Assembly: GCA_964405685.1 (NCBI GenBank)
Contig: CAYOOP010000001.1
Location: forward strand, 206,922 to 270,921
Origin: an uncultured Rickettsiales bacterium
GTDB lineage: Bacteria > Pseudomonadota > Alphaproteobacteria > Rickettsiales > SXRF01
DNA length: 64,000 bases
Direction of reading: 5' to 3'
A program made the translations under genes and the position numbers. Every line of letters starts with the position of its first letter. Within the stretch, counting starts at the first letter, position 1. The notes under the pieces were generated by a model that was not told the origin of the DNA, did no database searches, and worked only from the letters and a program-made list of their open reading frames with translations. Shown piece after piece: positions 57,672-64,000 of the stretch.

Positions 57672-58326
57672 GGGGAGCAGGGAGCGGCTCTTTGGGTAAG
57701 GGGCGGAGCATGAGTTCGTAACCGCTGCCCATCTCCACCATGAAACGGGTGATTTCCGGATCAAGGCGCTTGAGTTCGCCAATGCTGAAATGAAACACTT
57801 CGCCGGGTGGGATGATTTTATCGTCGTTTTTGACGGTTTTGGTGTAGACCACATCGTCGCTTTTGGTGAGCGCTTTGATGCGAATCAGCGGTGCGGCTTT
57901 CGGAGCGGAACCGTTGTTGGTGACTTCACCGCTAATGATAAAACTTTCAGTGGGCTCAAAACGTTCGCCGCCGTCGGGCTTTTCGGCAGTGATGTGCACG
58001 GCGGAAAAGCCGAGGTCATTGCTGTTTTTAAATCCTAGAAGCCCGGGTGCAAACACCATGGCAGCAAGCACAACGGCGGCGGCGACCAATACGCTGGAAA
58101 ATCCGGCGAGTGCAAATTCAAGCGGGGTTAGTTTACTCGGTGTTTTGGGTTTTGCGACTGGTTCTGGTCCGGGGGCTAAGGTAGCGGGTGCGGGTGCTTC
58201 AACTTTCGGCGGATGCGCCGTCCACATGAAGGCGCATTTGCTGCATTTCATTTTGCGCGGGCCCGCATCAAGCGCGGCATCGGGCAATTTAAATTTCGCA
58301 GAGCAACTGGGGCATTCGATAATCAT
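57664..58326 (-). CDS. MJ0042-type zinc-ribbon protein with TM and DUF3426-like domain
   Basis: MIIECPSCSAKFKLPDAAL...MKCSKCAFMW, followed by a Pro-rich linker, a TM and a C-terminal beta domain. Confidence 0.75.
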   Translation of the reverse strand: MIIECPSCSAKFKLPDAALDAGPRKMKCSKCAFMWTAHPPKVEAPAPATLAPGPEPVAKPKTPSKLTPLEFALAGFSSVLVAAAVVLAAMVFAPGLLGFKNSNDLGFSAVHITAEKPDGGERFEPTESFIISGEVTNNGSAPKAAPLIRIKALTKSDDVVYTKTVKNDDKIIPPGEVFHFSIGELKRLDPEITRFMVEMGSGYELMLRPLPKEPLPAPHA

Positions 58327-58366
58327 GTTACTGGCACTATCATATTTTTTCGTTTATAGAAAGGGT

Positions 58367-59020
58367 ATGATCTCACTTAAAAATATTGCCTTCGCTTACG
58401 AGCATGGATCGCTGATTTTGGAGGATGTGAACCTCATGCTCCCGGCCGGTTCATTTCATTTTATCACCGGCCCGAGCGGTGCGGGGAAAACAAGCCTGTT
58501 GAATCTGTTGGCGCTGACCGCGCGCCCGATTCGCGGGACGATTACGATGAATGAAACGGTGGTAAGCAAGCTGACGCGCGAATCGCTACCGAAATATCGC
58601 AGGCGGATTGGCGTGGTCTCGCAAGCCTATGATTTGCTATCGCATATGACGATTGCAGAAAATATTGCACTACCGCTCAAAGTCGCAGGTGAAACGCCCG
58701 CTCAAATCGCGCCGAAAGTGGACGAAATGCTCGAGTGGATGGAGCTTTCGCACTATAAGCATACCTATCCGGATGTGCTTTCCGGCGGCCAGCGTCAACG
58801 GGTGGCGATTGCCCGCGCGGTGATTACCAAGCCGCAATTGCTCTTGGCCGACGAGCCGACGGGCAGTCTTGATCCGACGCTCGCGCACCGTTTTATTTAT
58901 CTATTTGAGGCGCTTAATCAGATGGGGACGACGGTGTTGATTGCCACCCACGACGAGCACCTAATCTCGCTCTTTCAATATCCGGTGCTGAAACTTGCAG
59001 ATGGGCGCATCATCGCGTAA
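58367..59020 (+). CDS. ftsE: Cell-division ATP-binding protein FtsE
   Basis: Walker A GPSGAGKTS, the signature LSGGQRQR and Walker B LLLADEPT are present. The start is ATG 58367. The upstream part of track ORF 57863.. is antisense to the zinc-ribbon gene. Confidence 0.85.
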   Translation: MISLKNIAFAYEHGSLILEDVNLMLPAGSFHFITGPSGAGKTSLLNLLALTARPIRGTITMNETVVSKLTRESLPKYRRRIGVVSQAYDLLSHMTIAENIALPLKVAGETPAQIAPKVDEMLEWMELSHYKHTYPDVLSGGQRQRVAIARAVITKPQLLLADEPTGSLDPTLAHRFIYLFEALNQMGTTVLIATHDEHLISLFQYPVLKLADGRIIA

Positions 59021-59032
59021 ACTCAAGACCTT

Positions 59033-60430
59033 ATGAAAAAATCAGACGACAATGCGAATGCGATGTGGGGTGGCGTGTTTGATGCTGCGCCGAGTGCGCT
59101 TATGACCACGATCAACGCGTCGATTGATGTGGATAAGCGGCTGTATGCCGAAGATATCGCCGGCTCGATTGCGCACGCCAACATGCTTGCGAAGCAAGGA
59201 ATTATTTCAAAGGATGATGCGGCGAAAATGGTTGCGGGGTTGAACCAAATCAAGAGTGAAATCGAACGTGGCGAATTTAAATTCACACCGCAACTTGAAG
59301 ATATTCACATGCACGTGGAAGCGCGGTTGAAAGAAATTATCGGTGAGGCGGCCGGGCGGCTGCATACCGCACGCTCACGCAACGATCAGGTGGCAACCGA
59401 CATGCGCCTGTGGGTGAAAAAAGCGTGCGCGGCGGTGGATAGCAAGTTGCAGGATTTGCAGAAGACGCTGATCGGACTCGCAGAGCTACATGCGGCGACG
59501 ATCATGCCGGGATTTACGCATTTACAAACGGCGCAACCGGTGACTCTTGGGCACCACTTGCTGGCCTACACCGAAATGTTTGGGCGGGACCGCTTAAGGG
59601 CGCAGGATGCGGCAAAACATATGGATGAATGTCCGCTGGGTTCAGCGGCACTTGCAGGAACCTCGTTTCCGATTGATCGGGAAGCGACCGCGAAGGCGCT
59701 TGGGTTTGGTGCGCCGACGGCGAATTCGCTCGATGGCGTATCCGCCCGGGATTTTGTGCTCGAGTTTTTAAGTAGCGCAAGTATTTGCGCCGTGCATCTG
59801 TCGCGGTTTGCGGAAGAGTTGATTTTATGGTCCTCTGCACAGTTCCAATTTATCACACTGTCGGATGCGTTTTCGACCGGCAGTTCCATCATGCCGCAAA
59901 AAAGAAATCCCGATGCAGCGGAGTTAATTCGCGGAAAAACCGGGCGCGTGATTGGGAATCTGGTTGCAATGCTGACCACGATGAAAGCGCTGCCGCTGGC
60001 CTACAACAAAGACATGCAGGAAGACAAGGCGGGGACGTTTGAGGCGTTTGATACCCTGGTGTTGTGTATCCGTTGTCTAAAAGGCATGGTCGCGGACATG
60101 CAGGTGAATGAAAAAACGATGCTCGAGGCTGCAGGCTATGGCTATGCCAACGCTACGGATCTGGCAGATTGGCTGGTGCAGGCGCTCAATATTCCGTTTC
60201 GGGAAGCACACCATATCACCGGTCAAATCGTGAAGCTTGCGAGCAAAAATAGCAAGCAGCTGGCAGAGCTTTCGCTTGTGGAATTGCAAAGTGTGGAACC
60301 TAAAATCACCGATAAAGTGTATGCGGTGCTTGGTACCAAAGCATCAGTTGATAGCCGCACAAGCTTCGGCGGCACTGCGCCTGCAAACGTAAAAGAAGCA
60401 GTGGCGAGCGCGAGGAAAAAATGGCTGTGA
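59033..60430 (+). CDS. argH: Argininosuccinate lyase
   Basis: [11 protein letters not shown] and the signature [12 protein letters not shown]. Confidence 0.96.
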   Translation: MKKSDDNANAMWGGVFDAAPSALMTTINASIDVDKRLYAEDIAGSIAHANMLAKQGIISKDDAAKMVAGLNQIKSEIERGEFKFTPQLEDIHMHVEARLKEIIGEAAGRLHTARSRNDQVATDMRLWVKKACAAVDSKLQDLQKTLIGLAELHAATIMPGFTHLQTAQPVTLGHHLLAYTEMFGRDRLRAQDAAKHMDECPLGSAALAGTSFPIDREATAKALGFGAPTANSLDGVSARDFVLEFLSSASICAVHLSRFAEELILWSSAQFQFITLSDAFSTGSSIMPQKRNPDAAELIRGKTGRVIGNLVAMLTTMKALPLAYNKDMQEDKAGTFEAFDTLVLCIRCLKGMVADMQVNEKTMLEAAGYGYANATDLADWLVQALNIPFREAHHITGQIVKLASKNSKQLAELSLVELQSVEPKITDKVYAVLGTKASVDSRTSFGGTAPANVKEAVASARKKWL

Positions 60431-60597
60431 GGTGGTTGTTGCTCGCCATTTGCGCAAGTTTTGCGGTGAGTGGTTGCGCCTATAAGGGCGGTCTTAAAAC
60501 GCCGACGGAAGCGGAAGAAGCTGCGCGGAAGAAAGAAAAGAAAAAAGAAAAAGCAGCCGAGAGAGCGCAACAACAAGCGCCTGAGCAAAGCGAGTAG
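60427..60597 (+). CDS. Small lipoprotein (56 aa), LptM/LppL-like
   Basis: GTG 60427 overlaps the argH TGA (GTGA). The translation is (M)[25 protein letters not shown], followed by a Lys/Glu-rich tail. The lipobox is VSGC. It is too short for the ORF track. Confidence 0.55.
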   Translation: MRWLLLAICASFAVSGCAYKGGLKTPTEAEEAARKKEKKKEKAAERAQQQAPEQSE

Positions 60598-60599
60598 TC

Positions 60600-61853
60600 A
60601 TGGATTTTTTTGCGTATAAAAATGGAATCTATCACGCAGAGGGCGTGAGTGTTCCGGCGCTCGCTAAGGCAGTGGGCACACCGTTTTATTGTTATTCTGA
60701 GGCGACGCTAAAACGTCATGTGGACGTGCTCCAGCAAGCCTTTGCTGCGCGCCCCGCTCGAATTTGCTTTGCCGTGAAGGCCAATTGCAATTTGGGCGTG
60801 CTGGCAACGCTTGCCTCGATGGGTGTGGGGGCAGATGTGGTTTCGGAAGGTGAAATTCGTCTCGCTCGTACGGCGGGTATTGCGGCGGATAAAATTGTGT
60901 TTTCGGGCGTTGGCAAATCGAAAAACGAAATGGCCTATGCGCTTTCTGAGGGCATTTTCCAATTTAATGCGGAGTCCGCCTCCGAAGTGCGCCAGCTTTC
61001 GGACGTGGCGGTTTCTCTAGGCAAAAAAGCATCTCTGGCACTGCGTGTGAATCCGGATGTGGTGGCAGGAACGCATGCAAAAATTTCAACTGGGCACAAA
61101 GAAAGCAAGTTCGGCATTTCGTTTGATGAGGCGCGGGCGCTTTATAAGGAAGCGCTCATATTGCCAGGAATTTCCGTGCAGGGAATTTCCGTGCATATCG
61201 GTTCGCAGCTGACTTCGCTTAGCCCCTTTGCGGAGGCGTTTAAGCGGCTGGCGGAGTTTGTGAAAGAACTGCGTGCAGCAGGTGTCCCCATCCAAACGAT
61301 TGATGTAGGCGGTGGTTTGGGTGTGCCGTATGAGGCGGCGAAAAATCCGCCGTCGCCGGCGGAATATGCGAAAGTGGTGCTGGATGCGCTAAAGGATACG
61401 GACGGCGAACTCATGTGCGAACCGGGGCGGTTACTGGTTGGCAATGCAGGCATTTTGGTCGCCGAGGTGCTCTATACCAAGACGACCGGAGACAAATGCT
61501 TTTTGGTGGTGAATGCGGGGATGAATGATTTGATTCGCCCGGCGATGTATGATGCATATCATGATGTGTTTGCGGTGAAAGAAAGTGCGAATACAGAAGC
61601 GTATGATGTGGTGGGGCCGGTGTGTGAGAGTAGCGATGTGTTCGCCGAAGGGCGCAAATTGCCGTTGATGCAACCGGGAGATTTGGTCGTGTTTCGTACC
61701 GCAGGCGCCTATGGCGCGGTGATGTCGGGCACATATAATGCACGCATGCTGGTGCCGGAGGTGATGGTGAAAGGTGAGCAATTTGCGATTACGCGGCCGC
61801 GCCAGACTTATAATGATTTTATTGGGCAGTATGCACTGCCGGTGTGGAAGTAG
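60600..61853 (+). CDS. lysA: Diaminopimelate decarboxylase
   Basis: FAVKANCNLGVL (PLP lysine), DVGGGLGVPY and EPGRLLVGNAG. Confidence 0.95.
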   Translation: MDFFAYKNGIYHAEGVSVPALAKAVGTPFYCYSEATLKRHVDVLQQAFAARPARICFAVKANCNLGVLATLASMGVGADVVSEGEIRLARTAGIAADKIVFSGVGKSKNEMAYALSEGIFQFNAESASEVRQLSDVAVSLGKKASLALRVNPDVVAGTHAKISTGHKESKFGISFDEARALYKEALILPGISVQGISVHIGSQLTSLSPFAEAFKRLAEFVKELRAAGVPIQTIDVGGGLGVPYEAAKNPPSPAEYAKVVLDALKDTDGELMCEPGRLLVGNAGILVAEVLYTKTTGDKCFLVVNAGMNDLIRPAMYDAYHDVFAVKESANTEAYDVVGPVCESSDVFAEGRKLPLMQPGDLVVFRTAGAYGAVMSGTYNARMLVPEVMVKGEQFAITRPRQTYNDFIGQYALPVWK

Positions 61854-61857
61854 TTTT

Positions 61858-61982
61858 CGTCATTGCGAGCGTGGCGAAGCATCCATCCGCCTCGCTGAAG
61901 CTTCGGCGAGACAAGGCTTGCCACGCCGTAGTCTTGACGTAGGCGGGGATTGCTTCGTCGGCGATGTCTCCTCGCAATGACG
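61858..61982. repeat. Nested palindromic element with CGTCATTGCGAG termini (family A, long inverted copy)
   Basis: The termini are cgtcattgcgag...ctcgcaatgacg. The arms match the reverse complement of the arms at 50951-51031. An extra central palindrome of about 50 bp surrounds aagctt. The element fills the whole lysA/fliP convergent gap. Confidence 0.8.
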
Positions 61983-62726
61983 TTACTGAAAACTCCGAAT
62001 CAAACTTCCGCAGATCATGTACCAACCGTCGATTAATACGAAGAAGATCAGCTTGAAAGGAAGCGCGATCATGACCGGTGGGAGCATCATCATCCCCATC
62101 GCCATCAAGATCGATGCCACGAGCATGTCGATGATGACGAAGGGCAGAAAAATCAGAAAGCCGATTTCAAACGCACGTTTGAGTTCGCTGATCATGAAGG
62201 CAGGAACAAGCATACGAAACGGCGTATCCTCCGGCGTGTCAATTTTGGTGTTGGGCTCTAGGCTCATGAATAGTTCAAGGTCTTTTTCGCGGACGTGTTT
62301 CATCATAAACACATGGAAGGGCGTGGACATGCGGTCGAAGGCCTGGCGTTCGTCGATTTGTTCGGCGAGGAGTGGAGCGACGCCGTCGTCGTAGGCGGCT
62401 TCGAAGGTGGGGGCCATGATGAAGAGGGTGAGGAACAGTGCGAGTGCCACCATGACCTGATTGGGTGGGGTTTGTTGCAGACCAATCGCGGTGCGAAGCA
62501 GCGAGAGTACGATGATGATGCGGGCAAACGAGGTAACCATAAGCAATAGCGCCGGCGCGAGCGAGATTACCGTCATGAAAAGGATGAGTTGAATCAGGCG
62601 GCCGGTCGCGGTGGCCGAGGAGGTTTTGCCGAGGTCGATGTTGAGGGCTTGTGCATAGGCATCGGTGCCACACCATAGGATGGTGAGGGCGAAAACTAGG
62701 GTGCCGAGGGCAGCGAGCTTACGCAC
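61983..62726 (-). CDS. fliP: Flagellar type III export pore protein FliP
   Basis: LTVISLAPALLLMVTSFARIIIVLSLLRTAIGLQQTPPNQV and GFLIFLPFVIIDMLVASILMAMGMMMLPP. Confidence 0.95.
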   Translation of the reverse strand: MRKLAALGTLVFALTILWCGTDAYAQALNIDLGKTSSATATGRLIQLILFMTVISLAPALLLMVTSFARIIIVLSLLRTAIGLQQTPPNQVMVALALFLTLFIMAPTFEAAYDDGVAPLLAEQIDERQAFDRMSTPFHVFMMKHVREKDLELFMSLEPNTKIDTPEDTPFRMLVPAFMISELKRAFEIGFLIFLPFVIIDMLVASILMAMGMMMLPPVMIALPFKLIFFVLIDGWYMICGSLIRSFQ

Positions 62727-63003
62727 GGGGTTTTTCTCCGATTAAAGTTTCAAGGAGTGTAGCCGATTCGGGGGACAACAACACCACATGCTGCACCAAA
62801 TCGCGTTGAATAATTACGCATTTGTGGCGTGCGTCAATGGCGCATTGGTCGACGACGCGCAGGCGCGATTCTCTTTTAAATTTTTCCAGCCACATCCCTT
62901 GGGCGCCAAATCTTTTGAGCAGAAACGCAAAGCCAAGAATCAGTGCAAGCACTAGCACGAAGGCACCTAAAGTGTGGAGGATGTTGATGCTGTCGTTCGC
63001 CAT
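62719..63003 (-). CDS. fliO: Flagellar biosynthetic protein FliO
   Basis: A single TM (GAFVLVLALILGFAFLL) is followed by the pattern RLRVVDQCAIDARHKCVIIQRDLVQHVVLL. The gene overlaps the fliP start. Confidence 0.6.
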   Translation of the reverse strand: MANDSINILHTLGAFVLVLALILGFAFLLKRFGAQGMWLEKFKRESRLRVVDQCAIDARHKCVIIQRDLVQHVVLLSPESATLLETLIGEKPRA

Positions 63004-63326
63004 TATTTTGTGTCGTCGATGGTGTTGATTTTGCTATAGGCAGCATTGGCCGCGCGGTGGTGTGGTTGCGAGCCGAGTTCGCCTTGGATTGCGGAGCGGC
63101 GGTCGGTGAGCGTGGTTTCGAGTTCTCTTAAAGCATCAAACAAGGCACCGAGTTCGCCGCGGTATTCCATGCGTTTTTCGAGGGGGAGTTCGTTGATGGT
63201 GGTGGTAAGTTCTTCGACTTTTTGATTGAGCGCGTCCATATCCGCAACCGGCTCGGACTGCGCGACGGCAATGGCTTGCTTGATGAAATCCATGACGCCT
63301 TGGTAGATGGTGGTGATGTCTTGCAT
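63003..63326 (-). CDS. Hypothetical helical protein (107 aa) embedded in the flagellar operon
   Basis: A helical, acidic ORF with 1-nt overlaps to both neighbours. No motif recognised. Confidence 0.5.
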   Translation of the reverse strand: MQDITTIYQGVMDFIKQAIAVAQSEPVADMDALNQKVEELTTTINELPLEKRMEYRGELGALFDALRELETTLTDRRSAIQGELGSQPHHRAANAAYSKINTIDDTK

Positions 63327-63619
63327 CAGGGCTTTGCTTTCATCTGATTATTTTTGCGGTAGATGTAGGAAAGAATTTCCGCCACCGCCATATAGGCCTC
63401 AGCGGGAATGGGCGTGTCAATCTCAAACTTGGACAGCAGCTGTGCGAGGTCCTTGTCTTCCCTGATTTCAATGCCGTGTTTCTTGGCGAGTTCGATGATC
63501 GCCTCGGCGATGGTGCCCTTGCCTTTGGCGGAAATGACCGGGGCGGGGACGATGCCGCGATCGTATTTGAGCGCTACCGCCAGGCGGTCGCGATCAAAAT
63601 CCGAATCGCCCTCACTCAT
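63326..63619 (-). CDS. FlhB C-terminal-domain-like protein (EscU/YscU/HrcU family fragment type)
   Basis: AVALKYDRGIVPAPVISAKGKGTIAEAIIELAKKHGIEIREDKDLAQLL...IPAEAYMAVAEIL. The start is ATG 63619. Confidence 0.8.
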   Translation of the reverse strand: MSEGDSDFDRDRLAVALKYDRGIVPAPVISAKGKGTIAEAIIELAKKHGIEIREDKDLAQLLSKFEIDTPIPAEAYMAVAEILSYIYRKNNQMKAKP

Positions 63620-63869
63620 CGGGGGTGATCTCTTTGGGTAGGGCGTTGAAATCGATGGTGATCTCGCCCAGATCTGCGGTGTCGACATCCGCCGTTGCAG
63701 CGATGTTTTGCTGTTTGATTTTCTCGTAGAGCTCTTTGCGAAGAATAGAGGCGTTCGGCGGAAATACAAACCCCAGCTTAATACTGCGACCCTTGATCTC
63801 AACCACGGTGAGTTCAATGGCGTCGTTGATAATGATCGATTCGCCTTCTTTGCGGGAAAGATACAGCAT
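63612..63869 (-). CDS. csrA: Carbon storage regulator CsrA homologue with a C-terminal extension
   Basis: MLYLSRKEGESIIINDAIELTVVEIKGRSIKLGFVFPPNASILRKELYEKI follows the CsrA fold pattern. About 25 extra C-terminal residues overlap the next gene by 8 nt. Confidence 0.8.
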   Translation of the reverse strand: MLYLSRKEGESIIINDAIELTVVEIKGRSIKLGFVFPPNASILRKELYEKIKQQNIAATADVDTADLGEITIDFNALPKEITPDE

Positions 63870-63887
63870 GACGAGGGTTTTTCAAGT

Positions 63888-63902
63888 TGGCACGGTTTTC
63901 GC
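63888..63902 (+). promoter_or_regulatory. Sigma54-like -24/-12 box
   Basis: TGGCACGGTTTTCGC has GG-N10-GC spacing and differs from the 38161 box at 2 of 15 positions. It points toward an ATG at 63987 that runs off the window. It is divergent from the csrA flagellar operon. Confidence 0.5.
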
Positions 63903-64000
63903 TCTACACTTCATTCGAGAATAAAGTGTAGAAGCGCAAGTAGTGCTTACATATCCCGAATAAAAACAAAAAGCGAGCAAAACTATATGGATATCGGCAG

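Noticed and set aside
63990-64000. A sigma28-type -10 element (GCCGATAT on the minus strand) upstream of the csrA operon.
   Set aside because: The corresponding -35 region would lie beyond the window end. The same bases also form the first codons of a plus-strand ORF. The claim cannot be supported from this window.

Overview
This 64-kb chromosomal window appears to come from an alphaproteobacterium. That placement is inferred from gene content and synteny: a COQ7-type ubiquinone hydroxylase, the DUF1476 zeta inhibitor, rpsF-rpsR-DUF2232-rplI, divergent hemC/tsaD, dusB-ntrB and lysC/ubiG. Most of the window is housekeeping. It includes ddl-murB-murC, lysC, ubiG, greA, carAB, pccAB, ntrB, dusB, hemC, tsaD, metZ, queEC, the ribosomal S6/S18/L9 genes, glmM, coq7, dsbB, purC, ampD, hpt, ftsE, argH and lysA, plus the end of a flagellar operon (csrA, flhB-C-like, fliO, fliP). 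An accessory block of about 20 kb lies between ubiG and tRNA-Thr(UGU). It carries a class II Fic protein, a translationally coupled six-gene envelope-glycoconjugate operon with a divergent UDP-glucuronate 4-epimerase, and a two-partner secretion locus (tpsB, a 2420-aa repetitive TpsA, and a membrane-anchored alpha/beta hydrolase). Two type II TA modules are present (hicAB, vapBC). The most unusual signals are listed here.

- **In-frame repeat insertions:** a G/C-hairpin palindromic repeat family has copies inserted in frame inside murC and queE, plus an intergenic copy. This resembles Rickettsia palindromic elements.
- **Terminal-inverted-repeat elements:** two further families of nested-hairpin elements, with CGTCATTGCGAG or GTCATTCTGC termini, fill the gaps between gene ends.
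- **Heptamer arrays:** inverted arrays of the heptamer CTAACGA abut both start codons of the divergent hemC/tsaD pair.
- **Sigma54 boxes:** two nearly identical sigma54 -24/-12 boxes are present. One drives an orphan ORF that faces an ntrB with no adjacent ntrC.
- **Wedged orphan genes:** AT-richer orphan genes sit between genes of conserved operons (murB|ddl, carA|carB, dusB|ntrB, pccB|pccA, after queC), usually with overlapping stop/start codons.

No rRNA, CRISPR array, transposase or integrase was seen. All functional calls rest on motif recognition by eye in the supplied translations. No database search was run.
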